This document shows, one piece after another, positions 45,957-55,845 of a DNA stretch of 64,000 bases. Source of the stretch: Candidatus Zipacnadia bacterium (GTDB lineage Bacteria > Armatimonadota > Zipacnadia > Zipacnadales > UBA5352). Every line of letters starts with the position of its first letter. Position 1 is the first letter of the stretch. Made by a program: the position numbers and the translations under genes. Under the pieces are notes generated by a model, which saw only the letters and a list, made by a program, of their open reading frames with translations, did not search any database and was not told the DNA's origin. The stretch spans positions 7,650 to 71,649 of the forward strand of contig JALGSW010000003.1 of the NCBI GenBank assembly GCA_029821635.1. Direction: 5' to 3'.

Positions 45957-48900
45957 TCAGCCACCGGCACCTTCCCAGTCGACCTCATAGTGCCACTCGT
46001 GGAGCCGCCCGGCCGGCCGGCGCCCAAGGTCGTTGGTGATGATCACCCGATCGATCCCGAACTCCTGCATGTGCGACTCCGAGACCGTCAGCGTATGTGG
46101 CCCCGGCTCCAGGTGGAAGCGCACCGGCAGCTCGCGACGCATGTCGTAGACGAAGCGCCAGATGCTCGTGTCGTTCAGGCCCGAGCCCGCCGGGCGGTCC
46201 GGGAAGCGGCAGAGCAGGTCGTTCTTCCGGCCCCCGTCCATCGCTGCATTCAGGTAGGCGTAGCCGCGGTTGCTCACCGGGGAGAGCTTCAGCCACGCGA
46301 TGTACTCGCCCGCCACCGGCGCCTCGAACTCCAGCTCCAGCGTCGGGAACACCTGCGCGTCACCCTCGCCCTGCGGGGCCATCTTCACGTAGCGCCCACC
46401 GGATGCCTCGGCGTCATCGACCATCTCTCCGAGCCCGCCCACCGTCCCGTCCTCGGCCTCCAGCGCGACCTGCACCGGACCGCCCTCGATCGGGAGCGTC
46501 TGCACGCGCAGCGCTGGCGTCGCGGTGGACTCGTTCCCGAACGAGTCCACCGCCGCGACGCGGTACCAGTACTCCCCGCCCGCCTGCAGCCCCCAGTCGG
46601 CGAACTGAGCCCTCGCCGGTGAGCCGACGAGGCTCGCCTGCGTCGCCTCGAGGTCAGCTGATGAGCCACGGTGGACCTGGTAGTGGTCCGCGTCCGCGAC
46701 GACCTCCCAGGCGATCTGCGTGTCGAACTGCCGCGCGTCGGTCAGCGCCAGGCCACCCGGTGTCGCGGGCGGATCGGGATCGATCTGCTGCCTGCCTGCC
46801 GGCTCGAATCCGGCGTCGTCGGTCAGCAGCAGCTTGTCGATCGCGAGGCCCGGATCGCGCGCCACGATGGCCACCTGCGTACCGCCTTCGCGTGCGGGCA
46901 CCGGCGCCTCCAGCCGCACCCACTCCCACTCCCGCGAGCCGCTCTTCAGCGACCCGACCGCCTGCCCGTCCGCGCTGACCGTCCAGCCCGCATCCGGCGC
47001 GCCCGAGCCCTGGAAGCGCATCCGCGCCCAGAGCGTATGCGGGCCGGCGTTGCGCGTGCGGAAGCGCCACGTCGCCGAGCCCTCGGTCTCGCCGTCGCGG
47101 TAGTCCACGAACAGCAGGTTGCTCGCCGAGCCATGCAGGTTCTCCCGCACAGGCGCGACCAGCTCGCCCGCCTCCGCTTCGACGAAGAGCCGCTCCGGGG
47201 CGGCCGCGTCGGCCGCTCCGCCGACCGCTTCCCCGGCGTGACGGTGACTCTCCAGCCCGGACCGTTCCACGGCCGTGACCACGTAGTACCACGTGCGGCC
47301 CGCATCGGGCGGCGTGTCGCTGAAGGCCTGCTCGGTCACCGGCTCATCGTTCACCCGCGTGTAGCCCACGCCGCTGAGGTCGCTGCGATAGACGTTGTAG
47401 CCGAGCAGTTCCGCCGCGCGCTCAGGGCGTTCCCAGCTCAGTCGGACGGTCGTACCGTCGGTCTGGGCGCGTACGGTGCTCGGAGGCTCGGGATACGAGA
47501 TCACGCACCAGTAGACGTCGATCGACCCCAGCATCGAGGACATGTACGCGCCCTTCGTGCCGTCCGGGCTCGTGTTCGCGAAGAGGTTGGACTTATACTC
47601 GTTGCTCGCGGTGTTCCCGTAGGCGACTCGGTACCAGGTCCCGTCCGTGTAGACCTTGATGAGCTGACTCGCGAACGGCCCTGAGAGCGCTGCGCCCTGC
47701 GTCCCGGCCAGGAACCAGTCGTTCTGGTACATCCAGGCGATGTGCCCGCCGCCTGCGCCGGGGACGAGGATCTGTCCCTCCCACTTGTTGTAGTCCCACA
47801 GCGCGACCGCACCGCCGTGGTAGCCGCATTCCAGCGTCCCGTCGGGCGAGCGGCCGCCGTGGCTGTAGAGAGGCTGCGGCTCCGCGCCCTCCGGCTTCCC
47901 AAGCGCCATCCGGTTCATCCCGACCGTTCCGTCCAGCGACGAGAGCCGCTGCTGGTAAGGGTGCTCTTCGGAGAGGTGAGGTAGGTGATTGAGCGAGTAC
48001 CCGATCCACCACTCCCCGCGCAGCTTCGTCAGGCCCGCGCTGTAGAGCCAGTCATCCTTCGGGTCGCCGGTCGAGTCGGTCGTGATCGGGATGCGCGTCC
48101 ACTCGCCGGTCTTCAGGTCCACGTAGTACAGCGGCGCATCCGGGCCGAAGCCCTGCTCGTAGTAGACCAGCCCCGGCAACTCCATGTTCCAGCCGAAGGC
48201 AGGCCGCCCACCGTGCTTGATCTCGTCCGGGATGCGGAAGACCTCCTCCTGCTCGCGCGTGCGCCAGTTCACGCGCATGACCGCCTCGCGGGTTCCGTAG
48301 TAGAGCCAGTCCGGCTCAGAGCCCCAGCGCGGCGCCCGGTTGGGCAGCTCGATCCCCAGCGCACGGAACGACGCGCCGCTCGGATCGGCAATGAAGTAGA
48401 GCGGCCCCGGTCGCTCCCACGCCTTGAGCATGAACGCGCTGCCATCCACGTTCCAAGGGTATCGGTTCGAGTAGGTGATGTCGCCCGAACTCCAGTCGCG
48501 GTCGATGCGCCGGATCTCAGTGCCCGTCCCGGTGTCGGTGAAGATCAGTCGCTCGTCATGGTAGCGCCCATCCTCGTCGGCCAGCAGGTCGTGCGGCTTC
48601 ATCTCGACCAGCTCGCCGGCGGCGGCTGTCAGTTGGTGCACGATGTCCGCCTCCGGCACCTGCGCCGGGACGCCGAGGTCGGTCAGCTCCACGCGACGGA
48701 TGAACATCTCGCCCGCGCTCTCGCGCTCGAATGCGAACATCGTGGAGAGCAGGCTCACGCCCTTCGGCAGGTCGATCTCTGCTGCGAAGCTGCGGAACTC
48801 ATCGCTGAGCCTCGCGGGGAGCGGGATGTAGCCGTCGCCTCTGTCGGAGCGCCAGGAGAAGATCAGGTTCGCGGCGCCGTCGCCGCGCATCTCCGCAAGG

Positions 48901-49823
48901 AGCCGGTAGCGATGCCCGCCGCGCACAGTGGTGTTGCAGTATGCTCGCGGGAGCAGGCTGCCCTTCGCCTCAGCGTTCTTGTGCAGGTGCAGCACGTTCG
49001 CCCCATCGAGGCTCTCCTGCCGCACGAAGCCCGTCTCGGCCTCCTCGGGCCGCCAGCGCAGCGCGGCCGCCCAGGTCGGCGGCAGGCCCTTGGCGGTCGC
49101 GTCGCTTGCGAAGTCGCCGTTGCGCAGCAGGTTTGTGCCGCCGAAGTAGAGGTAGCCCCACGCGCTGGGGTCGTGGTAGCCGCCGGGGCAGTAGCTCCAC
49201 GAGGTGAAGCCGCCCCGGCCGCGGTCGCCGCCGCGCGCCCAGAGGCTGCGCGCGATCTTCAGTCCCCACAACTCCCCGCGCAGCGGCGTCTCGGCGCCCA
49301 GCGCCGCGAAGGGGATGGCCGCCTCGGAGGTCCAGCCGTCCGCGTGTCGCTGCACCGCCACGGTCCAGTCAGGTTTGGGGTTCCACGCGGTCGGCATGCC
49401 CGCCACGCCCTGCAGCGCGTCGTGGCGCGCGCCCGAGACGTTGTGGATCAGGTGGAAGTACTCCATGCCGCCGAGAGCAGGCGTCAGGAATAGCTCCACG
49501 CTGTCATCGCGCCAGATCTCTTCATGGTCACGCTCGCGCTCCGGCGCTCGGATGGCGTCCATCGCCGGCTCGTCGGCCTCCACAGCCACGTAGAGCGCGC
49601 GGTCATCGTACGCGACGCGCACGCGCGTCTGGATCGGGGCATCCGTGTGCGAGCCGGTGTACATGAACGGCTCGGTCACCTGCGCGTTCTGCCAGGTAAC
49701 CTCGTCGAGCACTCCGTCCACGGTCACGGCCGCGTCGGGTGTGGCGATGATCTGCCGCGGCTGCTCGCCATAGGTGAAGGTCGCTGCAAGCAACGTGGCG
49801 CTGATGACGATCGTTGTGCGCAT
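45957..49823 (-). CDS. Large secreted multidomain carbohydrate-binding protein (CBM9-like, CBM4-like, beta-propeller, FN3 and CBM modules)
   Basis: Signal peptide, VDGVLDE..W, DDSVELFL, GWTSEAAIPF, NLLRNGDF, TDTGTGTEIRR...YSNRYPWNVDG, YCSPDGTK-like NTSPDGTK, FN3 GYNVYRS/YYVVTAV, EAEAG/EAEDG modules. Confidence 0.75.
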   Translation of the reverse strand: MRTTIVISATLLAATFTYGEQPRQIIATPDAAVTVDGVLDEVTWQNAQVTEPFMYTGSHTDAPIQTRVRVAYDDRALYVAVEADEPAMDAIRAPERERDHEEIWRDDSVELFLTPALGGMEYFHLIHNVSGARHDALQGVAGMPTAWNPKPDWTVAVQRHADGWTSEAAIPFAALGAETPLRGELWGLKIARSLWARGGDRGRGGFTSWSYCPGGYHDPSAWGYLYFGGTNLLRNGDFASDATAKGLPPTWAAALRWRPEEAETGFVRQESLDGANVLHLHKNAEAKGSLLPRAYCNTTVRGGHRYRLLAEMRGDGAANLIFSWRSDRGDGYIPLPARLSDEFRSFAAEIDLPKGVSLLSTMFAFERESAGEMFIRRVELTDLGVPAQVPEADIVHQLTAAAGELVEMKPHDLLADEDGRYHDERLIFTDTGTGTEIRRIDRDWSSGDITYSNRYPWNVDGSAFMLKAWERPGPLYFIADPSGASFRALGIELPNRAPRWGSEPDWLYYGTREAVMRVNWRTREQEEVFRIPDEIKHGGRPAFGWNMELPGLVYYEQGFGPDAPLYYVDLKTGEWTRIPITTDSTGDPKDDWLYSAGLTKLRGEWWIGYSLNHLPHLSEEHPYQQRLSSLDGTVGMNRMALGKPEGAEPQPLYSHGGRSPDGTLECGYHGGAVALWDYNKWEGQILVPGAGGGHIAWMYQNDWFLAGTQGAALSGPFASQLIKVYTDGTWYRVAYGNTASNEYKSNLFANTSPDGTKGAYMSSMLGSIDVYWCVISYPEPPSTVRAQTDGTTVRLSWERPERAAELLGYNVYRSDLSGVGYTRVNDEPVTEQAFSDTPPDAGRTWYYVVTAVERSGLESHRHAGEAVGGAADAAAPERLFVEAEAGELVAPVRENLHGSASNLLFVDYRDGETEGSATWRFRTRNAGPHTLWARMRFQGSGAPDAGWTVSADGQAVGSLKSGSREWEWVRLEAPVPAREGGTQVAIVARDPGLAIDKLLLTDDAGFEPAGRQQIDPDPPATPGGLALTDARQFDTQIAWEVVADADHYQVHRGSSADLEATQASLVGSPARAQFADWGLQAGGEYWYRVAAVDSFGNESTATPALRVQTLPIEGGPVQVALEAEDGTVGGLGEMVDDAEASGGRYVKMAPQGEGDAQVFPTLELEFEAPVAGEYIAWLKLSPVSNRGYAYLNAAMDGGRKNDLLCRFPDRPAGSGLNDTSIWRFVYDMRRELPVRFHLEPGPHTLTVSESHMQEFGIDRVIITNDLGRRPAGRLHEWHYEVDWEGAGG

Positions 49824-49840
49824 GGTCGGTTGCCTCCCGG

Positions 49841-52800
49841 CTATCCTTCGAGCATCCTGAACGACTTCGCGTCCACCGTCAGCGTGAACTCCCCGCCATC
49901 GACCTCCACGCTCTCATCGCTGATCACGTCTGTCAGCGGGCCCCTCGGGCGCACGGGTTCGGCGAGCTTCACCGTGACCTTGCGCGTCTCCTCGGTCAGG
50001 TTCGAGACGATCAGCATGATCCGCCCATCGCGCTCGTAGAAGCTCGCGACGATGCGCGGGTCCTTCGGCGTGAGATCGACCAGGTCGGCGTTCTCCCAGT
50101 AGCCGTGGAAGGTCGCCTCCCCGATGCCAAAGCGCGCCTGGGAGCCCCAGACCTTCTCCAGCAGATCCAGCGCAATGTGCCCACGCCGGCCTATTGGCGT
50201 GCCGTGCGGGAGGAGCACCGCGAGCGTGTCGAACATCTGCCGGCGCTCCATCTCGTCGTCCGTGCGGTCGGTCGTGACGAGCCACATCGGCACGACGCCC
50301 CACTGCGTGGCCATGTTATGCGCTCGCCAGAAGTCCAGCGGCAGCATGTCCGAGAGGAATGCGTCGCCGGTGCGTAGCGGCCCCTGCACCATCTCGCCCT
50401 CCCAGTTCGCGGTTGCGAACGAGAAGCATGGGGTCGCCATCTTCCCGTCGGCGTGAATCCAGATGATCGGGTCCTCGACGCGCGCGCTGAGCGCGATCCA
50501 CAGGCGCTTGTAGAAGTCGCGCAGCCCGAAGATCGGGTATTCCAGCGCGCGCCCGCCGCCCTCCGCCACATAGCCGTGACCGTGCAGTTCGTTGGCGCAG
50601 GGCACAGGCGGCCCGGCGCCGTCGAAGTAGACGCCGTCCACCCCGTACTTCTGCACCCAGCGGTCGATCCCGTAGAGCAGGTAGTCCGCGAATGTGCTGC
50701 CCGGGCAGGCGCCCATGATGACCCGATCGCCGCCGCCGATCTGGCGCGGCGAAGTGATCTGCCACGCGTCATAGTAGCGATCGTAGTCGGTCGCGCCCTT
50801 GCTCACCCCGTGCAGGTACAGGTAGGGGACCACGCGCGCTCCGCGCTCGTGCATCTGCGTCGCGAAGTCGCCGAGGGTGTCCATCACGTCCAGCGGCGCG
50901 GTGTGCAGGTTCGCGTACAGTGGCTTCGCTCCATCGCTGAACCACAGGTAGCGCCAGTTGATCGGCACCCCCTGCTCCTCCCATCGCTCGTCGTGCGTCA
51001 TCTCGTTGCGTTTCGGCCAGACGCGATCGACGCGCCACGCCCGCCAGTCCTCCGGCACGGGCTTGACCGGCGTCGCCTGCAGGCCGAAGGTGATCTGCCG
51101 GTCGGTCAGCTCGGTCGGCACGTTCACCAGTTCGACCACCAGCTCGGTCGCGCCGTCGGTCCTGCGCACCGAGATCGGCGCGCCCTCGTAGCTCCACCCG
51201 CCGGCCGACTCGGCGAACCACATCAGCCCGCGCTCGTTGTCGCCCAGCCAGACGAAGGGCTGGAACGCCATCGAGAGCCCGTCCGCCGGTAGTGTACCCG
51301 CGAAGCCCCGCGCGTAGTAGGACGAGCAATAGTTGTAGTACTCCGCGCGCTCGGGCTTAACCGGCACCACCAGCCGCAGGCCCTCGACCGCCACCGGATC
51401 GGGCGCGAGGATGCACAGATCGTAACGGATCATCCCGTCGAACTCAGCGCTCGTGGTCACCAGCGCCTGCAGCCCGCCAAGATCGCAGGTCGCCGTGTAC
51501 TTGCAGTCAATCTCGCGCTCGCGAATGGCGAGGCGCTCGCCCAGCGTCAGCAAGCTGGTCTCGCCTCCCCGGTCGATCTCCAGCCGCACCGGTGCCGCGA
51601 GCAGCTCCTCACCAGCGGCCGTCGCCTGCGCCAGAAGCGGCTCATCGCCCAGCACGTAGCTCCGCCCCCAGCACTCGACCGTTCCCGGAGCGTAGGCCAT
51701 CGGCGTCCAGGGCGTCGGCACGGCGTCCGTTCGCCCGAGCCGCGTGCCGCGCGTATACCACTGCGGCGGCTCGCGCCGCTCCCATGCGAACTGCCCCGAG
51801 CGAAGCACCTCGCCGCTCTCGGGATCGACGATCCGCCAGTCGCAGTCATACTCGCCGACCGGCCAGTCGCTCACGTCCTGATGGGCGTAGCGCCCGGCGC
51901 CGGACGCGAGCCCCTCGTGCGCGGCAGTGAACAGCGCCTCCCCGTCGCGCTGCTTCGCGCGCAGGAGCAGATCCAGGCGCTCCTGCGGGAAGCCGCGCAG
52001 GTCCGCCCGGACCCACGCGAAGCGCTCCGACGGGTGCGCCAGCAGCTTCACGTATTCGGGCTCCTTCGCCACGAGCGGGACGAACTGGCGGTAGCTGACG
52101 GCGCCCTCGGCATCGGCTGTCGCGATCGCCAGCAGCTTCCGCCCCTCCGGCCCCGACTTGAGTGGCAGGCTGAACATTTTTTGACCGCCGGGCGACATCG
52201 TCCAGGTGCGGCGCTCGGGCCAGTCGGTATTGTTGGGCGATGGGGCGGTGCGCTCGCGCGCCGGGCCGAACGCCTCGAGATCCGCGCCGACGGACATCCG
52301 CCCGCCGTCGACGCCGGTCATCATCATCGAGCCATCGACGGTCACGAGGCCTTCCTGGGAGCTGTCGATGCCCGTCACCTGCGAGATTGGCCCGTTCTCG
52401 GCGAACCGCAGGTAGCCCCACAGCGGCGGGTTGTTGTAGCCGCGCACCGTGTATGCCCAGGCGGTGGTCACGCCGGCGGAGCGCGCGAATTGCGCCCGCC
52501 AGGTCTGCCCGGCCGGGACCTCGACGCCGAGTTCGCTCCACGCGACCGCCAGCTCCGCGCTCCAGTGCCCGCGCTCGACGCGGTTCACGAACTCCCAGTC
52601 GGCGTCCCACGCCTTGTCCGCGCCGCGGCGGTCGAAGATCGTGCCGGCGGAGTTGCCGATCATCTGCAGCGCGTCCGCCTCGCCGCCCTCGGGCAGCAGG
52701 TATATCTCCACCGAGTCGTCGGCCCAGACGCTGGCATCGCGCTCCATCACAGAGGTCCGTGGCAGCGCCTCGGCATCGACCGGCAGCTCGAACGCCACGT

Positions 52801-53056
52801 AGAGGCGATCGGCGTCCCAGGCGACGCGCACGACCGTCTGCACCTCGGCGAGGTTCGCGTCGGCGATGTTGATGAAGCCGGTGGCGGCGCCCGCGAAGCG
52901 CCACTCGATGGGATCGACCGTGCCGTCGATGGTCGGTGGGACGGTCGTGCGCCCCGCGGAGAGCAGCGGCGGCGGCGCGTCCATCAGCGGCGTCTCCTGC
53001 GCCGATGCGCACGCGAGTGCGATCAGACAAAGGGCCGCGGGTAGAAGCTTCCTCAC
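49841..53056 (-). CDS. Secreted CBM9-like plus DUF6067-type glycoside hydrolase-like protein
   Basis: PTIDGTVD, DDSVEIYL, WSAELAV, WGRSY, EFDGMIRYD, ATPVKP, YGVDGVYFDG. GTG start with GGGAGG RBS. Confidence 0.75.
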   Translation of the reverse strand: MRKLLPAALCLIALACASAQETPLMDAPPPLLSAGRTTVPPTIDGTVDPIEWRFAGAATGFINIADANLAEVQTVVRVAWDADRLYVAFELPVDAEALPRTSVMERDASVWADDSVEIYLLPEGGEADALQMIGNSAGTIFDRRGADKAWDADWEFVNRVERGHWSAELAVAWSELGVEVPAGQTWRAQFARSAGVTTAWAYTVRGYNNPPLWGYLRFAENGPISQVTGIDSSQEGLVTVDGSMMMTGVDGGRMSVGADLEAFGPARERTAPSPNNTDWPERRTWTMSPGGQKMFSLPLKSGPEGRKLLAIATADAEGAVSYRQFVPLVAKEPEYVKLLAHPSERFAWVRADLRGFPQERLDLLLRAKQRDGEALFTAAHEGLASGAGRYAHQDVSDWPVGEYDCDWRIVDPESGEVLRSGQFAWERREPPQWYTRGTRLGRTDAVPTPWTPMAYAPGTVECWGRSYVLGDEPLLAQATAAGEELLAAPVRLEIDRGGETSLLTLGERLAIREREIDCKYTATCDLGGLQALVTTSAEFDGMIRYDLCILAPDPVAVEGLRLVVPVKPERAEYYNYCSSYYARGFAGTLPADGLSMAFQPFVWLGDNERGLMWFAESAGGWSYEGAPISVRRTDGATELVVELVNVPTELTDRQITFGLQATPVKPVPEDWRAWRVDRVWPKRNEMTHDERWEEQGVPINWRYLWFSDGAKPLYANLHTAPLDVMDTLGDFATQMHERGARVVPYLYLHGVSKGATDYDRYYDAWQITSPRQIGGGDRVIMGACPGSTFADYLLYGIDRWVQKYGVDGVYFDGAGPPVPCANELHGHGYVAEGGGRALEYPIFGLRDFYKRLWIALSARVEDPIIWIHADGKMATPCFSFATANWEGEMVQGPLRTGDAFLSDMLPLDFWRAHNMATQWGVVPMWLVTTDRTDDEMERRQMFDTLAVLLPHGTPIGRRGHIALDLLEKVWGSQARFGIGEATFHGYWENADLVDLTPKDPRIVASFYERDGRIMLIVSNLTEETRKVTVKLAEPVRPRGPLTDVISDESVEVDGGEFTLTVDAKSFRMLEG

Positions 53057-53303
53057 AGGTCAGGGCCTCCCAAAGCGGGTGTATTGGCGTCCGAGTAGGT
53101 TCCGCTGAGGGCCGGAATATCCCTTCGCATGCAGGTTTATGCTGAGCTTTGGTTGGGTATAGTTGAACTGCCACGAAGCGCTACAGGAGACATACGGAGT
53201 GATGCCTATGATCCACCTGTGGCTCCGAGACGAGCAGTAACGCATAGATCTTCACTCGGAGGTGGCACGAAGAAGCGAGACGTGACGAAGGTTGATGAAG
53301 CAC

Positions 53304-53339
53304 GAGCCCGCCCGACAGACACCCGTGTCGGGCGGGCTC
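53304..53339. terminator. Strong hairpin in the divergent intergenic region
   Basis: GAGCCCGCCCGACA/TGTCGGGCGGGCTC perfect 14-bp stem with an 8-nt loop, followed by TGATATGT. Confidence 0.6.
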
Positions 53340-53462
53340 TGATATGTACGCCTGTCGGCGCTGCCCGAATCAACCCGCGAACACGGGAGGGGAAAGCCGA
53401 CGGGCTATCGAATGCCTTCTAAGTCGACGCGCGGGTAGCCTCGCATGACGGGGAGAAGACGA

Positions 53463-54422
53463 ATGTACCGACACCGACCGGTCGCGCTAACGCTGCTCGC
53501 CGCAGTCATCGTTACGGCGCTGGCCCATGCTCAGGAGGTCGAACTGCCGCCGCTCGCGCCGACTCCTGCGGCAGCTACCAACCTGCTCGCCAACCCCGGC
53601 TTTGAGGACCCCGACGCGCCGGGCTGGGCCTTCACCGACTGGCCGCCCCGCGAGGGCACCGGCGCGGCCCTGATCGCCGACTCGATCCGCTACACCGATG
53701 AGCAGGCGTATGAGGGACGGCGCTGCCTCGTCCTCGACCTCACCACCGTCGGGGCCGAGCGGACGCTCATCACCCAGGAGCGCCTCAGCCCCGAGACGCT
53801 TGCCCCCTTCGATGGCGCCACCATGCGCATGTCCGCGCAGGTGCTGCTCGCCGGCGGCCCAACCGTCCATCAGCTCACCATGACCATGCGTCAGTGGGGG
53901 CAAGACGGGCTGCTTACCCACCAGTCGCTTCGCCTGAATGCGGACGTGAATGAGTGGGCGGTCGCGAGCAGGACGTTCATCTTCCGCATGGGTCTCACCA
54001 CGCGCGCGGACCTCAACATCACAGTCAGGCAGACGCCCGATCTCGCCGACAGCCCCGTCGTCTACCTCGATGACGTGCGGCTGGAGGTGCTCGCGCCGCC
54101 TCCGCTGGACGCGGAGCTGCCGTGGGGCCAGACGCTGATGGCGCCCGATAACGTGCTGCCCGTCGCCGTGCGCATCTCCGAGGAGGCGTGGGCGGCGGGC
54201 CTGCGCGGGCTGCGCTGGGACATCACTGCCCCGGACGGCATGCGCAGCCTCGCTCACGGCGAGATGACCGCGTCGATGCGCGACCCCGTCCTGTCCGTCA
54301 CCGTTCCCGATCTCATCGAGGGCCGCTACGCGCTGCGGCTGGCGCTCGGCGCCGAGCCGGGCCAGCGCAGCCGCGAACTGCTGCTGCCCTTTACACGAGC
54401 GGAGGGTCCCCTTGCAAACTGA
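53463..54422 (+). CDS. Secreted carbohydrate-binding (CBM4/9-like) domain protein
   Basis: Signal peptide, NLLANPGFED, VYLDDVRLE. No catalytic motif seen. Confidence 0.65.
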   Translation: MYRHRPVALTLLAAVIVTALAHAQEVELPPLAPTPAAATNLLANPGFEDPDAPGWAFTDWPPREGTGAALIADSIRYTDEQAYEGRRCLVLDLTTVGAERTLITQERLSPETLAPFDGATMRMSAQVLLAGGPTVHQLTMTMRQWGQDGLLTHQSLRLNADVNEWAVASRTFIFRMGLTTRADLNITVRQTPDLADSPVVYLDDVRLEVLAPPPLDAELPWGQTLMAPDNVLPVAVRISEEAWAAGLRGLRWDITAPDGMRSLAHGEMTASMRDPVLSVTVPDLIEGRYALRLALGAEPGQRSRELLLPFTRAEGPLAN

Positions 54423-55845
54423 GAGACGCCTGAGCCGGTTGCACGTCGCGCTGCTGATCGCCCTCGTCCTCCCCGGAGCGCACCGGGCCGGGGCAGAGCT
54501 GCTGGAGGATATCCAGTTCAGCCGCCCGGAGCCGCCGCCCGCCGTCGTGTCCGAGGCGAACCGCCTCGTCTTCGACCTCCCGCGCGCCGAGGTCGCGCCG
54601 ACGATCGACGGCCGCCTCGATGAGCCCATCTGGCGCGATGACCGCGCGCGGATGGGGCAGTTCCGCCTGGGGCTCTCGACCACCCCGGCCCGGCACAGTC
54701 GGGAGGCGTGGGGGGCGTACGACGCGCGTAACCTCTACCTCGGCGTCCGCTTGCAGCGCGAGCCGGGCACGGAACTGCGCGTGGAGACCCTCAAGTTGGA
54801 CGACGCAGCGATCTGGGAGGATGACGAGGTCGAGGTCTTCCTCGATCCCTTCAGCTCGGGGACGCGCTACCTGCAGTTGATCCTCAACTCCCGCGGCGTA
54901 CTCTACGATGCCGTGCACGAGAACGTCGAGGTCCCGGATGCCCGGGCCGACAGCCCCGGCGCGACGGTGCTCCAACGCATCACCGACGAGTCGTGGGACT
55001 CGAATCTCGCTCGCGCGGTGCATGTCGAGGACGCATGGTGGAGCATTGAGATGGCGCTGCCGCTGGCCTCGATTGGGCTGGAGGGCGCGCCCGCCGGACA
55101 CCGCCTCGGTCTGAACATCACCAGCGCCGACTGGGACACTGAGGAGTACACGACGCTCTCGCCCAACAACTCGTGGCACGACCCGCTCCAGTTCGGCGTC
55201 GCGGTGCTCGGGGAGCCACGCATGGACGTTACCGCACTGGACCTGTCCGGCGTCGGGCAGGGCCGCAACCTCCTGCGCCTGGACGCGCGGCAGCTCGGCG
55301 GGCCGGAGGGCGACTACACGCTGTCTCTGACCTTCCGCGCGCCGGGGCAGTGGCTGCACAAGAGCGTTCAGTTCGAGCTGACGGGCGCGCGCGACGCGAA
55401 GCCTGGCCTGCCCTTCACGATCACCGCCGCGACCGGCGCCTGGGAGGCCGAGATCGAGGTCGCCGATCCCACTGGAGCCCTCGTCTTCGCCACCCGCCGC
55501 ACCGGGGTGCTGCCCGGCCCGATGCTCGTGGACCTGCGCAGTAGCGCTGTCCTCAGCGACGCTCCCCCGATCGAGCTCTCAGCACGGCTGGGCGTGGGCC
55601 AGCTCACCGCTCGGAGGATCAGCCTCACGGCGCAGCTCACCGGGTCCGACGGGCGCGTCGTCGCCGAGCAGGAACTGGGCGACGCCGGTGGCCCGGAGAT
55701 GCGCGCGTATCTTCCGGTGAGGGGCCTCGCGCCGGGCGTGTACGTGCTGGAGCTGCTTGCGAGCGAGGACGGCGAGGCAGTCGCGCGCGGCAGCGACATC
55801 TTCCGTGTCGCCCGGTCGCCGTTCGAAGGCGAGGCGCAGCCGTGA
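54412..55845 (+). CDS. Secreted CBM9-like sugar-binding protein
   Basis: PTIDGRLDEPIW, YDARNLYLG, WEDDEVEVFLDP, WSIEMALPL. TTG start with GGAGG RBS. Confidence 0.7.
   Translation: MQTERRLSRLHVALLIALVLPGAHRAGAELLEDIQFSRPEPPPAVVSEANRLVFDLPRAEVAPTIDGRLDEPIWRDDRARMGQFRLGLSTTPARHSREAWGAYDARNLYLGVRLQREPGTELRVETLKLDDAAIWEDDEVEVFLDPFSSGTRYLQLILNSRGVLYDAVHENVEVPDARADSPGATVLQRITDESWDSNLARAVHVEDAWWSIEMALPLASIGLEGAPAGHRLGLNITSADWDTEEYTTLSPNNSWHDPLQFGVAVLGEPRMDVTALDLSGVGQGRNLLRLDARQLGGPEGDYTLSLTFRAPGQWLHKSVQFELTGARDAKPGLPFTITAATGAWEAEIEVADPTGALVFATRRTGVLPGPMLVDLRSSAVLSDAPPIELSARLGVGQLTARRISLTAQLTGSDGRVVAEQELGDAGGPEMRAYLPVRGLAPGVYVLELLASEDGEAVARGSDIFRVARSPFEGEAQP

Noticed and set aside
53129-53422. 97-aa ORF in the divergent intergenic region
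   Set aside because: No RBS, atypical codon usage, and it runs through a strong hairpin and the promoter-like site.
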